DNA from: Bacteroidales bacterium
Lineage (GTDB): Bacteria; Bacteroidota; Bacteroidia; Bacteroidales; UBA7960
DNA: 64,000 nucleotides
Direction of reading: 5' to 3'
Assembly (NCBI GenBank): GCA_003559735.1
Contig: PWKN01000217.1
Coordinates: 6,916-70,915, forward strand
In this document: positions 27,344 through 37,502 of the stretch, in pieces
Position numbering within the stretch: position 1 is the first letter of the stretch
Layout of the letters: each line of letters opens with the position of its first letter
Position numbers and translations under genes: made by a program
Notes under the pieces: generated by a model
Database searches by the model: none
Told to the model about the DNA's origin: nothing
The model's input: only the letters and a program-made list of their open reading frames with translations

Positions 27344-29788
27344 TTAAAACCGGGTGATCAGCTTGATGTTGATCAACCGGGAGGTAAGATAGTTTGGGAT
27401 GGCGAACAGTTGGTTTTCAACGTCCCTGACCCATGAATAGGAGATGGTATTGTTTATTTCGAGGAGGTTGAACACTTCGGCGGTGATCCACATTGAATCG
27501 AAATGGCGCAACGGGTTTGTGGACTGGAATGTTGTTTGTTTTCCAATGAGTTGCTTGGAGAACCCGATATCAACACGCTGGTATGAGGGCATGCGGCCAC
27601 TGGTAACGTTCAGGTCTTTTGTCGGGGGCCAGAAAGGCACACCGGTCCCGTAAAAAAAGCCCAGTTGCACCTGGTAGGTTGGATTACGGGGCAGGAAATC
27701 CTGGAAAAACATGGAAAAATGAAAACGTTGGTCTGTGGGCCGCGGAATATATCCGGCGGGTATTTTATTTCCCTGCTGATCCATCATGAACGAACCTTCG
27801 ATCTTTTCGCGGGTTTGCATCAAGGAAATGCCTGCCCATGAGTCGATGCCGGGTACAAATTCCCCGTGTATCCGCATATCGAGTCCGGCGGCGTATCCTT
27901 TTGAAATATTATCGGCATAGTAGCGGATGCGCACATTGTCGATCTGGTATGGGATCAGGTTGTTGAGGAATTTGTAATACACTTCTGATGTATATTGGAA
28001 GGGCCTGTCCCAGGCAGTGAAGTGGAAGGCAGACCCCAGCACCAGGTGTATTGATTCCTGTGCTTTGATGTTGTCGTTCAGCTTGCCTTGCATGTCTCTT
28101 AGTTCGCGATAAAAGGGAGGCTGGTGGTAATAGCCTGCAGATGCCCTGAAGGTCCACCTTTCTGCCCACCCGGGTTTGTAGAGAACGGTAGACCGCGGAC
28201 TAAGAATGAATTGGTTGGTAAAATCCCAGTAGTTGGCGCGCACCCCTGCGGTAAATGCGTAACGGCCGTGGGGACGTTGAAGTTCCCAGGTGTTTTGTAC
28301 AAATCCCGACAGCCGGTTTGTCTTGCTGTTGATCGTTGTATTCAGCGTGTCCTGCAAAAGGATCGCATCAGGTGGATGCTGCGGCAGTGAAAATCCTGCC
28401 GAATCTGTCAGGTTCCATTCGTTCAAACGGTCATAGATGTCCTCGTGCTGAAACCTGATCCCCCATTGCAGCTCGTGTCTGCTGGTTTTCCAGTGACCCT
28501 TTGTTTCTGCCCGAACAACGATGGCGTTGAGGTAATTCCTTGCATGGTTCAGAAATGTCCCAATACCAAGGGGCTCTCCGGTGGGTTGTCCGAAATCGTC
28601 TTCCCCAAAGTCAGTTTCTACACGGTGCAGCCAGTATTGCCCGAGAATATCGAAATGCTCTCTCTCGTCTGACTGAAACATGCTGGTGATGAATTGCAGT
28701 GAAAGATCGTCGTTGGGACGATAATCCAGTGACCAAGCCCCCGTAGTTGTGGTAAACTGGTTAACTTCACGGCCATCAAAGAAAACGGTAAATTCCCTCA
28801 CTTCAGAGATGGTGCCAAAACGGGTACGCCGCACTTCGGGTCTGAAGCGATAGCTGTTGTCATTATAGTTGCCCAGGAAACTTATGGTCCAATTGTCGTT
28901 CAGCCGGTAACGCAACAGTGTCTGGATGTCGGCAAAAGATGGACGGTAGTCTCCCTGAGTGTCGAGTGTTCCGAGCAGGTACTGGTTTGATTTATATCGT
29001 ATGCCTGCAAGGAATGAGAACCGTTGGTTTGCCGATATGCCTTCCAGTTGGAGGGACCCTTCCAGCAGACTGATGGAGAATGCGCCGGCAAATTCTTTGG
29101 GTTCTTTATAAGTGATGTCGAGTACCGAAGACATTTTGTCTCCATATTGTGCATTGAATCCCCCGGATGAAAAGTTGATTGAGGATACCATCTCCGGATT
29201 GAGAAAGCTCAGACCCTCCTGTTGTCCCGCCCGTATCAGGAACGGACGGTATATTTCAATGCCATTGACGTACACCAGGTTTTCGTCGTAGTTGCCACCC
29301 CTGACGGAGTATTGTGATGAAAGCTCTGATGCGGAAGATACCCCTGGAAGGGTTTGTATGAGCCTTTCCACGCTGGCTGATGGCCCCGGCAGGGAGGTGG
29401 TGACACGGGGGTCAAGCCTGATGATGTCGGAGCTGAGTACCTGCTGGTCGCGGACCTCGATATCGGGCAGGAAGGTCATTATTGGTTCAAGGATGATGTC
29501 CAGGCGGTGTGTCTCTCCCGGACTTAAATGCAATGGGATGCGTTTGGGTTTGAATCCAAGGTGCGATACAAGGATATGTATTTCTTCACCGGCAGGGACC
29601 TGCAACCTGTAGTAGCCATCTTCACCTGTCGTGGTCCCGGTATTCGTATCTTCAATGACCAGGTTCACAAACTCCAGCGTCTCCTTGTCAGGGGTTCTCA
29701 GGTAGCCATCCACTACTGCCTGTTGTGCTGACAGTTTCAGCGACAGCAAAACAAACCATGCACAGAAAATAAACCGGGAAAACTTCAC
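27344..29788 (-). CDS. TonB-dependent outer-membrane receptor with an N-terminal CarboxypepD_reg-like domain
   Basis: 814 aa. It has a signal peptide, a GYYRL...GF carboxypeptidase-regulatory-like domain, a plug (VRGGNYDENLVYVNGIEIY) and a C-terminal ...KLITRF with terminal Phe. No SusD partner is present. Confidence 0.82.
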   Translation of the reverse strand: MKFSRFIFCAWFVLLSLKLSAQQAVVDGYLRTPDKETLEFVNLVIEDTNTGTTTGEDGYYRLQVPAGEEIHILVSHLGFKPKRIPLHLSPGETHRLDIILEPIMTFLPDIEVRDQQVLSSDIIRLDPRVTTSLPGPSASVERLIQTLPGVSSASELSSQYSVRGGNYDENLVYVNGIEIYRPFLIRAGQQEGLSFLNPEMVSSINFSSGGFNAQYGDKMSSVLDITYKEPKEFAGAFSISLLEGSLQLEGISANQRFSFLAGIRYKSNQYLLGTLDTQGDYRPSFADIQTLLRYRLNDNWTISFLGNYNDNSYRFRPEVRRTRFGTISEVREFTVFFDGREVNQFTTTTGAWSLDYRPNDDLSLQFITSMFQSDEREHFDILGQYWLHRVETDFGEDDFGQPTGEPLGIGTFLNHARNYLNAIVVRAETKGHWKTSRHELQWGIRFQHEDIYDRLNEWNLTDSAGFSLPQHPPDAILLQDTLNTTINSKTNRLSGFVQNTWELQRPHGRYAFTAGVRANYWDFTNQFILSPRSTVLYKPGWAERWTFRASAGYYHQPPFYRELRDMQGKLNDNIKAQESIHLVLGSAFHFTAWDRPFQYTSEVYYKFLNNLIPYQIDNVRIRYYADNISKGYAAGLDMRIHGEFVPGIDSWAGISLMQTREKIEGSFMMDQQGNKIPAGYIPRPTDQRFHFSMFFQDFLPRNPTYQVQLGFFYGTGVPFWPPTKDLNVTSGRMPSYQRVDIGFSKQLIGKQTTFQSTNPLRHFDSMWITAEVFNLLEINNTISYSWVRDVENQLFAIPNYLTSRLINIKLITRF

Positions 29789-29852
29789 TTGACTTTTGTG
29801 TTCATGCTCTATATAGTAACTGAGGAGTAAAAATAATATTGTTCATGAATGC

Positions 29853-30497
29853 TCAATCGCTTCTGCGAAATCGTCCCTCACGCCATGCCTGGAAAAACTC
29901 GGCCCAGGCAAAGGGGTCGAACAGCCTGATCGGCGGTGATTGCCCTGCATAATAGAGCCGGTCGGAATGCTGTTGCACGTAATGTCTGAAGTTCATGCTC
30001 CCATCCATCGGCATTTGTTCAAAACGTTCACGCATTTCGGCATGTGCCAGGTTGCGCATGGCCCTGTCGTAGTCATCAGACGGCACATCTGTATGGATGA
30101 ATGCATGCCTGAACTGTTCGCGTGTGGGCCACGGGTACACAACGGTTTCCGAAAGATGAATGGTGTCCTTTGTCATCATTTGTACCGCCGAATACCTTGG
30201 TCTGCTGAGTGTGTCGGGTACAACATAGTATGCCTCCTGGTAGCCTACTGACGAGAAGCGCAGTGTATCGTTTTCGTAGACGGGGATGGAGAAAAATCCA
30301 TAATAGTCGGTGGTGGTGCCACGGTGTGTATGTTTAACCCATATTGAGGCATAGGGCAGCGGTTTCAGGCTGTCGCTCGTGAGCACAAGTCCCGTAAACT
30401 GGATCACACGCCGTGGTATCCTTTGGCCGCCAGATTGGCCATATACAATCAGCCAGGAAAAAATGCAGATAAAAACAATTACGAGACGGGCACGCAT
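29853..30497 (-). CDS. carboxypeptidase-regulatory-like domain protein (secreted)
   Basis: 214 aa. It has a signal peptide and then the pattern IQFTGLVLTSDSLKPLPYASIWVKHTHRGTTTDYYGFFSI...GYQ. Confidence 0.55.
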   Translation of the reverse strand: MRARLVIVFICIFSWLIVYGQSGGQRIPRRVIQFTGLVLTSDSLKPLPYASIWVKHTHRGTTTDYYGFFSIPVYENDTLRFSSVGYQEAYYVVPDTLSRPRYSAVQMMTKDTIHLSETVVYPWPTREQFRHAFIHTDVPSDDYDRAMRNLAHAEMRERFEQMPMDGSMNFRHYVQQHSDRLYYAGQSPPIRLFDPFAWAEFFQAWREGRFRRSD

Positions 30498-30620
30498 GAG
30501 CCATTTATTTGACCATAAAAGTAATAAGAATCACCAAATATATTGAAAACAATGTGGCTTTTATTGTCTGATCTTAAAAATCTTTAACATTTGAATGGAC
30601 AAAATTGTTGCGCTCTTATA

Positions 30621-30661
30621 AAAAAAGCTGCCACACATTGGTGCAGCAGCCTGGTTTTTTC
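30621..30661 (-). terminator. rho-independent terminator after rpmB
   Basis: The minus strand reads GCTGCTGCAC-CAATG-TGTGGCAGC followed by TTTTTTT, 18 nt after the rpmB stop. Confidence 0.55.
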
Positions 30662-30678
30662 CGCAACTCCCTGTTGTG

Positions 30679-30915
30679 TTATTTGAGGAACCCTTTTTTC
30701 CGTGCCTCCTGCAGGCAGGCATAGATCCCTTTTTTGTTTATGATGCGCATCCCTTTTGTCGATACCTTAAGGGTTATCCAACGGTCTTCTTCAGGAATAA
30801 AAAACTTTTTGGTCTGGATGTTCGGATAAAACCATCTGTTTGTTTTTATATTTGAATGCGACACGCGATGTCCTGTAATCGGTCTCTTCCCTGTTATCTG
30901 GCAAATACGTGACAT
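30679..30915 (-). CDS. rpmB: 50S ribosomal protein L28
   Basis: [31 protein letters not shown] is canonical bL28. The protein is 78 aa. Confidence 0.92.
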   Translation of the reverse strand: MSRICQITGKRPITGHRVSHSNIKTNRWFYPNIQTKKFFIPEEDRWITLKVSTKGMRIINKKGIYACLQEARKKGFLK

Positions 30916-31059
30916 TTTTTCTGCTTTTTGCTGTTAAAAAATAATTGGCTTTGAAAAGGAGTGCAAAGTACGGTATTTTTTTTGTTTCAGGCAAACCTTT
31001 TGCCAAAAAAAACAAACCGGTTTGGATTTTGTTTGTTGTTGTTGTAATTTCGGTATGTA

Positions 31060-31593
31060 ATGTATAAGCAGAATGTCATGAACTACTATGATATACTGGG
31101 TATATCATCTGATGCAGACAATGCAGGTATCAGACGTGCTTTTCGTTCCCGTGCCAAGCGGCTTCATCCTGATGTAAACGGGGCGGATTGTGCCAAACGT
31201 GACTTTCAGCGAGTAAATGAGGCCTACCAGGTATTGAGGGATGAAAAAAAGCGGCGCCTGTATGATATGCGCCTGGCAGGGGGTACATACGGGGGACGGG
31301 TGTATTACAGGCCTGCATCATCCAACGGCAGTCACCATCGAGGTCCGCGTCACGCTTATACATACAAAGAGACTGCCGGAAAACACGTTCCATCACGATT
31401 TGAAAAAGCATTTGATCAGTTTTTGTTTTTATTTATGCTGATGTCGGGTCTGGGAGCGCTTTTTTTTGGCATATACCGCGCAGTGGGTGAGCCTGTTGAG
31501 GGGGTGAACCCGTACCTGGCCATTTCCTTTGGCGTTATATTCACCGCATTGTTCTTATACGGATGGGATCAGAAGAAGCGGATGGAATCTTAG
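31060..31593 (+). CDS. J-domain (DnaJ-like) membrane protein
   Basis: A J-domain with HPD is present (YYDILGIS...RAFRSRAKRLHPDVN). Two C-terminal TM helices follow. There is no Zn-finger or C-terminal DnaJ domain. Confidence 0.75.
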   Translation: MYKQNVMNYYDILGISSDADNAGIRRAFRSRAKRLHPDVNGADCAKRDFQRVNEAYQVLRDEKKRRLYDMRLAGGTYGGRVYYRPASSNGSHHRGPRHAYTYKETAGKHVPSRFEKAFDQFLFLFMLMSGLGALFFGIYRAVGEPVEGVNPYLAISFGVIFTALFLYGWDQKKRMES

Positions 31594-31624
31594 TACCATG
31601 ATTGTCGATGGTCTGCTCGTGAAG

Positions 31625-32557
31625 TTATTTGGTCTTTTTTGATGCCATGAACACGAATATGAATGCCATCCCACCCAGTACCAGCAACACTATTGGCAGG
31701 ATCATCGGGTCCTGGTCAAACAGTTCTGCATAATGCCATGGTGAGATGTTTTTTTCGAGGAGGGGCACCGTTTCGCCACTGATTGTAATTCGTGTTTCCA
31801 GTACTTTTTTCCATGGCCATAATTTGTTCAGCGATCCGGTCATAAACCCAGTCATCAGGGCGAGGGTAGCGTTGGGGTATTTTTTGAACAACCATCCGAT
31901 GACATGCGAAAACGCAACGATCCCGGTCACACCTCCCAGTCCGAAAAGCACGATCACAACCAGGTTCAGGTCTTTGACGGCATTCAGCATAAATTCGTAT
32001 TTCCCGATAAGGACCAGGATGAATGCACCGGAAATGCCTGGAAGTATCATGGCACATAAGGCGAGGCTGCCGGCAACAAAGACAAACCAATATGCATCGG
32101 GTCCGGTGGCAGGTACGGCGATGGTCACGTACCATGCAACCAGGGCACCGGTCAGGAAGAAGACACCCGACAGGATGTTCCATTTTTTTATGGCCGTAGC
32201 GATATAGACGGCACTACCAACGATCAGTCCGAAGAAAAAAGCCCACACCAGCATGGCATGGTGTTCAAACAGCCAGGAGAGCAAACGGGCCAGTGAGAAT
32301 ATGCTGATCAGTATCCCCGTAAGAACTGCAACCAGGAAATTGCCGTTTGCTTTTTCCCATGCCGCTGCAATGCCATCCTGGCGAAGTGTTTTAAGGAGAC
32401 TGGCATTAATGGATCTGATGCTCATTACCAGTTCTTCATAGATTCCGGTTATTAGTGCAATGGTGCCGCCTGAAACCCCGGGGATCACATCAACAGCTCC
32501 CATGGCCATGCCGCGCAATACCAGTAAACTGTAAGCAGCTGCAGAGCGTTCTTTCAT
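31625..32557 (-). CDS. DUF368-family membrane protein
   Basis: VIPGVSGGTIALITGIYEEL and the second-half PGISGAFILVLIGKYE are the duplicated DUF368 signatures. Confidence 0.8.
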   Translation of the reverse strand: MKERSAAAYSLLVLRGMAMGAVDVIPGVSGGTIALITGIYEELVMSIRSINASLLKTLRQDGIAAAWEKANGNFLVAVLTGILISIFSLARLLSWLFEHHAMLVWAFFFGLIVGSAVYIATAIKKWNILSGVFFLTGALVAWYVTIAVPATGPDAYWFVFVAGSLALCAMILPGISGAFILVLIGKYEFMLNAVKDLNLVVIVLFGLGGVTGIVAFSHVIGWLFKKYPNATLALMTGFMTGSLNKLWPWKKVLETRITISGETVPLLEKNISPWHYAELFDQDPMILPIVLLVLGGMAFIFVFMASKKTK

Positions 32558-32704
32558 GTCTTTCTTTTTTATCCTGCATTATTCCTTTCCTTCCACGCAT
32601 AATATCAAAACGACCTCACTGACAGCCGTTTGTAATTATTCAGGTGATCAGGTTAAGGGTAATGGCTTGTGTCATTTTTTTGTATGCCCTGATTCTCCGG
32701 GGGG

Positions 32705-33487
32705 TTATTGTTTTCGCTTCTTTAATTCTTCAGGAAGCGATTCAAAGAAGGTATCCCCACGCAGTCCGAGACGCAGTGTTTCCAATGGAGCTATTTCGGC
32801 GGGTGCGATATTTCCCAGGTTCACAGACGGGCCCAGCAGCCGTATGAACCAAACCTGTTGTTGTTTCAGTGGTGCTTCCCACATGATCTTTCCGGCAGGT
32901 ACATTATCCAGGATGGCATTGATCAGTGCCATGTCGGCACTGCCGTTTTTTTCATAGATGCCTACAGTTCCGCTTTCACGTGCCTCCCCGATAACAAAGC
33001 TGCTGCCGGCATCCAGCTCAGCCTTCATGGATGAGATCCACAGTCCGGGATCCGGATCGTGGACAGTTTCTTCCTTGGCGCCCACCTCCGACAAGACGGT
33101 GTAGTGGTTTGCCAGTCGGCTGATGATGCGGCATTTTTCTTCACTTGCGAGCTGAAAGCATCCGTCAGACACCTCCACGGTATCGCATCCCAGTGCCGCA
33201 ATATATTTAAGGTAATCATCGAACTGGTTTCTCACAAGAAATGCTTCCAGGAGGGTCCCTCCAACATACACCTTAATGCCGGCATCCTGGTAGATCTTAA
33301 TTTTTTCTTTCACCTTCCTGCTTACATAAGATGTTCCAAAACCCAGTTTCAAAAAATCGATAAGGTGTCCGGATGTCTCCACAAGGTCTTGTGCCTGTCT
33401 GACACCCAAACCTTTGTCCATGACCATGGTCACACCTGATTGTCTTGGCTTGTTTTCACGTTTGGGCAGATGATCGAGCATTTCCAT
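32705..33487 (-). CDS. phosphosulfolactate synthase (ComA family)
   Basis: 260 aa. KPRQSGVTMVMDKGLG......D.LE..G..ID.LK.G.GTS fits the (2R)-phospho-3-sulfolactate synthase family. Confidence 0.75.
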   Translation of the reverse strand: MEMLDHLPKRENKPRQSGVTMVMDKGLGVRQAQDLVETSGHLIDFLKLGFGTSYVSRKVKEKIKIYQDAGIKVYVGGTLLEAFLVRNQFDDYLKYIAALGCDTVEVSDGCFQLASEEKCRIISRLANHYTVLSEVGAKEETVHDPDPGLWISSMKAELDAGSSFVIGEARESGTVGIYEKNGSADMALINAILDNVPAGKIMWEAPLKQQQVWFIRLLGPSVNLGNIAPAEIAPLETLRLGLRGDTFFESLPEELKKRKQ

Positions 33488-33516
33488 TCAGTTTATTGGT
33501 TGTGTGGGCAGGATCG

Positions 33517-34902
33517 TCATTTCAACAATTTGTCGAGCGCTTCCGTAAACGGGAGGGTATGGTTCAGCTGGGGGAAGCGGTCCAGCATATCATGAAGTCC
33601 GCCGGCATTCTGATAATAGGCCTCATCAAGGAAAAAACCAGCCTCCTGGTCTTTCCCCCTGAGGAATAAGATGGCAGCCATAAAATACAGGAAGCTGACC
33701 GGATTGCCGGATTGCTTCATGCCTCGTGACATCAGCTGTTGTGCTTCACGCAGTTTCTGCACATTTACCAGTGTTTCGGCATACTCCAGCCATGTTTCCT
33801 CGTCGTCCGGATCGGCTTTCAGCGCCACCTCATAATTCTTTTTCCCATGTTCATGCTGTCCGAGGCCATAGTAGGTGCTGCCGAGAAGGCACCGTATGTG
33901 GATGTTATCCGGCTCCAGAGAACACCCTTTTTCCAGGTATTGTACCGCCTGTTCCGGGTCTCCGTCTTCCAGTCCGCAAACGGCCAATCCAACCCAGGCA
34001 TCGGTCATTCCGGGATCGATATGTATGCTTTTCAGGAACCAGGTCCTGGCGTTTTCGTAGTCTTCCAGTTTTTCGTAGCACTCGCCGATGTAATAGATCT
34101 TCATCGGGTCGTCATCGTCCTCAGTCATGGATTCCTTATATGCGTCAATGGCTTCGGCATGCCTGTCGAGCAGGCTGAGGACATAGCCTTTGTGAAAAAG
34201 CGAATGTTCATGCTGGTTGTCTATTGCCAGTGAATAATCGAGCGCATCAAGGGCCATTTCATACAGTCCGGCATTGATATAGGAAACGCCGAGGTTGAAC
34301 CAGGCCTCGGTGCTATAGGGGTTTCTGTCGATAAGACGTTTGAAGAAACTGATCCCCTCTTCGGTCAGTGAAAGCAAATCGAAGCAATAGGCAGCCTCAT
34401 ATATGGCGAGGTCATTGTTGGGGTTAACAGCGAGTGCCTTATCAAGGTATTCGAGGGTTTTGTCAAAATTCCCCAGGTTTTCGTATTCGATGGCGATATT
34501 GCAATAGACAAAGTCGGGGTCGTCAGCACCAAACACAGCTTTATTGTATTCTTCGATGGCTTTTTTATAATTCTTAAGCTGGGAATATATGGCCCCTTTT
34601 GTCAGGAAAATATCGTTGTTGGAAGGGTCGAGGGTTTCGACCGTGGTAAGGAGCTCCAGTGCATGATCCTCTTTGTTCAGACTCGCAAGCAGCTGTGCCT
34701 TTTTGAGCATCAGGGGAATGGAGGTCGGGTGCAGGACGCATGCATGGTTTGCCACTTTGAGCGCCTCTTTGTATGAACCGGCAAAGAGGTAGTGTTCGAT
34801 GATCTCTTCAAAGTCGTCGACATCAAAATAGATAGAAATCTTCTGCCGGAACAGCTGTTCGAATTTTTCTACCTGCCAGGGTTTTTTATTGTTATCGTCC
34901 AT
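33517..34902 (-). CDS. TPR-repeat protein
   Basis: At least 8 TPR-like units are present. The start was moved from 35064 (which would overlap the ffh promoter and start) to the ATG at 34902 (MDDNNKKPWQVEKF). Confidence 0.65.
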   Translation of the reverse strand: MDDNNKKPWQVEKFEQLFRQKISIYFDVDDFEEIIEHYLFAGSYKEALKVANHACVLHPTSIPLMLKKAQLLASLNKEDHALELLTTVETLDPSNNDIFLTKGAIYSQLKNYKKAIEEYNKAVFGADDPDFVYCNIAIEYENLGNFDKTLEYLDKALAVNPNNDLAIYEAAYCFDLLSLTEEGISFFKRLIDRNPYSTEAWFNLGVSYINAGLYEMALDALDYSLAIDNQHEHSLFHKGYVLSLLDRHAEAIDAYKESMTEDDDDPMKIYYIGECYEKLEDYENARTWFLKSIHIDPGMTDAWVGLAVCGLEDGDPEQAVQYLEKGCSLEPDNIHIRCLLGSTYYGLGQHEHGKKNYEVALKADPDDEETWLEYAETLVNVQKLREAQQLMSRGMKQSGNPVSFLYFMAAILFLRGKDQEAGFFLDEAYYQNAGGLHDMLDRFPQLNHTLPFTEALDKLLK

Positions 34903-35021
34903 TTTCAGAGCAATATGATCAACTGTTGCCACCAGTAATGCTGCCGAAACTGTCTTGGTCCTCTGCAGCATCATTGCAGCAATGCAAAGGTATGAAAAAT
35001 CACAAAACAAAAAATAAATGG

Positions 35022-35029
35022 TAAATTTG
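35022..35029 (+). promoter_or_regulatory. putative -7 promoter box (TAAATTTG) of ffh
   Basis: Exact TAnnTTTG, 23 nt upstream of the ATG at 35053. Confidence 0.45.
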
Positions 35030-35052
35030 CAATAAAAACACCATACGGGAAT

Positions 35053-36393
35053 ATGTTTGATCAATTAAATGAAAAATTAGAAAAAGCGTTTAAGGTCATT
35101 AAGGGACATGGCCATATTACAGAGGTGAATATTGCAGAGTCGCTGAAGGATGTTCGCCGTGCCCTTGTTGATGCGGATGTTAACTTCAAGATCGCGAAGT
35201 CCTTTACCGAAAAGGTAAAGGAAAAAGCATTGGGGCGTGATGTGCTGACGGCTGTTTCGCCCGGCCAGCTGATGGTAAAGATCGTACACGAGGAGCTTAC
35301 GGAACTTATGGGTTCCACGCATGAAGAGCTGAACATGAAAGGCAGTCCGGCGATCGTGCTGATCGCCGGTTTGCAGGGTAGTGGTAAAACCACTTTTGCT
35401 GCCAAGCTGGCAAACTTTCTGAAGGGGAAGAAGGGGAAAAAAGTGTTGCTTGTTGCCTGCGACGTATATCGTCCGGCAGCCATAGATCAGCTGAAGGTAC
35501 TGGGCGCGCAGATTGAAGTGGAGGTATATACCGAACCCGATGTAAAAGATCCCGTAGCTATTGCCCGGCGGGCCCTGAGTCATGCAAAGTCCATGGGACA
35601 CCAGGTTGTCGTGGTCGATACAGCCGGCCGGCTGGCGATCGATGAGCAGATGATGGATGAGATCGCTTCCCTGAAAAAGGCCCTCAGACCGCAGGAAACG
35701 TTGTTCGTTGTTGATGCCATGACAGGGCAGGATGCGGTTAATACCGCCAAAGCGTTTAATGAAAGGCTTGATTATGAAGGGGTCGTGCTGACAAAACTTG
35801 ATGGCGATACCAGGGGTGGTGCTGCGCTCACCATTCGTTCGGTTGTTGACAAGCCCATCAAGTTTGTTGGCATCGGTGAAAAACCTGATGCCATCGATGT
35901 GTTCCATCCCCGTCGTATGGCTGACCGGATACTGGGCAAGGGAGACATTGTCACCCTTGTTGAAAAAGCCCAGGAGCATTACGATGAGGAAGAGGCGAGA
36001 AAGCTTCAGAAGAAGCTGGCAAAAAACCAGTTCAACTTTAACGATTTCTTGTCGCAGCTGCAGCAGGTAAAAAAGATGGGCAACATGAAGGATCTTGTGG
36101 GAATGATCCCCGGCATGGGTAAAGCCATAAAGGATATTGACCTTGAGGATGATGCGTTTAAGGGCATTGAAGCCATCATTCATTCGATGACCCCGGGTGA
36201 GCGGGAGAATCCTTCGATTCTCAACGGAAGCCGCCGTAAACGGATTGCACAGGGGTCGGGTTCCGATATCCAGGAGGTGAACAAACTCATCAAGCAATTT
36301 GAAGAGACCAGGAAGATGATGCGTATGGTTTCTGCGGGAGGCAAGGGGAAGATGGCCAACATGATGCGCAATATGCAGTCCATGCGGAGGTAG
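35053..36393 (+). CDS. ffh: signal recognition particle protein Ffh
   Basis: NG domain motifs are GLQGSGKTT, DTAGR and TKLDGDTRGG. A Met-rich M domain follows. Confidence 0.97.
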   Translation: MFDQLNEKLEKAFKVIKGHGHITEVNIAESLKDVRRALVDADVNFKIAKSFTEKVKEKALGRDVLTAVSPGQLMVKIVHEELTELMGSTHEELNMKGSPAIVLIAGLQGSGKTTFAAKLANFLKGKKGKKVLLVACDVYRPAAIDQLKVLGAQIEVEVYTEPDVKDPVAIARRALSHAKSMGHQVVVVDTAGRLAIDEQMMDEIASLKKALRPQETLFVVDAMTGQDAVNTAKAFNERLDYEGVVLTKLDGDTRGGAALTIRSVVDKPIKFVGIGEKPDAIDVFHPRRMADRILGKGDIVTLVEKAQEHYDEEEARKLQKKLAKNQFNFNDFLSQLQQVKKMGNMKDLVGMIPGMGKAIKDIDLEDDAFKGIEAIIHSMTPGERENPSILNGSRRKRIAQGSGSDIQEVNKLIKQFEETRKMMRMVSAGGKGKMANMMRNMQSMRR

Positions 36394-36421
36394 GAGCGTG
36401 CAGCGGCCACGGAGGGTAAAT

Positions 36422-36561
36422 AGTGTCTGTCTCTGCCATCCGGTTTCTGCGTTATGCTTCTTTTGAAAACAGGTTTTTACAAGAGGAAACTCCTTGGTTT
36501 TCAAAACTGCGCAAGCCTTTACCCCGGACATTACAGTTCAGACACATGACTTTATGGACAG
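36422..36561 (-). repeat. ~140-bp hairpin-forming intergenic repeat, copy B (inverted relative to copy A)
   Basis: Its reverse complement aligns with 7670-7809 at about 88% identity. It lies between the ffh stop and the folD start. Confidence 0.75.
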
Positions 36562-36595
36562 GCACTAATTACAATCAATAAACAGACAAATTGGA

Positions 36596-37474
36596 ATGAA
36601 ACTCATTGACGGAAAAAAGATCGCTGAAACGATCAGACAGGAGATCGCGGGTGAAGTGAAGCGCATTACCGGGGCAGGAGGGAAGGTGCCACATCTGGCA
36701 GCCATCCTGGTGGGTGATGACCCTGCAAGTGAAACATATGTAAACAACAAGGCGAAGGCCTGCAAGGAGGTGGGATTTGACTCATCCACTTACCGGTTCC
36801 CGGCAGACGTACAACAGGAGGAATTGCTGGAGGCCGTTGATTTTATTAACAGGGATCCTGAGATTGACGGGTTGATCGTGCAGCTGCCCCTGCCGTCCCA
36901 TATAGACAATCAAAAGGTCATTCAGCAGATCTTACCGGAAAAGGATGTGGATGGTTTTCATCCGGTAAATGTAGGCCGCATGACAATAGGGTTGCCATCG
37001 TATGTGTCGGCCACCCCGCATGGTATTATGGAGCTGATCATGCGCAGTGGCATACAGACAAGGGGCAGGCATTGCGTTGTCCTTGGCCGGAGCAATATTG
37101 TGGGCAAACCCATGAGCTTGCTCATGGCCCGTAATGAAGAGCCGGGCAATGCAACCGTGACTGTCTGTCACAGCAAAACACAGAACCTGAAAGAAATAAC
37201 CTCGGCTGCAGATATTCTGATCGTAGCGATCGGCCAGCCGGAGTTTGTTACCGCTGATATGGTAAAAGAGGGGGCAGTGGTCATTGATGTGGGAATTCAC
37301 CGTGTGCCGTCTGCCAAAACCAAGTCAGGATTCCGGTTAATCGGTGATGTCCGCTTTGATGAAGTGGCGCAAAAAGCATCCCGCATCACACCTGTTCCCG
37401 GAGGAGTAGGTCCCATGACCATTGTTTCTTTATTGCTGAATACGCTCAAAGCGTCTAAAAAAGAGATATACTGA
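36596..37474 (+). CDS. folD: bifunctional methylenetetrahydrofolate dehydrogenase / methenyl-THF cyclohydrolase
   Basis: [23 protein letters not shown]...[12 protein letters not shown]...[10 protein letters not shown] are present. Confidence 0.95.
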   Translation: MKLIDGKKIAETIRQEIAGEVKRITGAGGKVPHLAAILVGDDPASETYVNNKAKACKEVGFDSSTYRFPADVQQEELLEAVDFINRDPEIDGLIVQLPLPSHIDNQKVIQQILPEKDVDGFHPVNVGRMTIGLPSYVSATPHGIMELIMRSGIQTRGRHCVVLGRSNIVGKPMSLLMARNEEPGNATVTVCHSKTQNLKEITSAADILIVAIGQPEFVTADMVKEGAVVIDVGIHRVPSAKTKSGFRLIGDVRFDEVAQKASRITPVPGGVGPMTIVSLLLNTLKASKKEIY

Positions 37475-37502
37475 GACCTTGGCTGAATGTGAACTCATAA
37501 AC

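Noticed and set aside
35077-36531. 484-codon ORF on the minus strand covering the whole of ffh and starting inside repeat copy B
   Set aside because: It is exactly antisense to a very well-supported ffh gene and has an Arg/Leu/His/Gly-rich, low-information composition with no recognisable motif. It starts in a non-coding repeat. Long stop-free antisense frames are a known codon-usage artefact of highly conserved genes.
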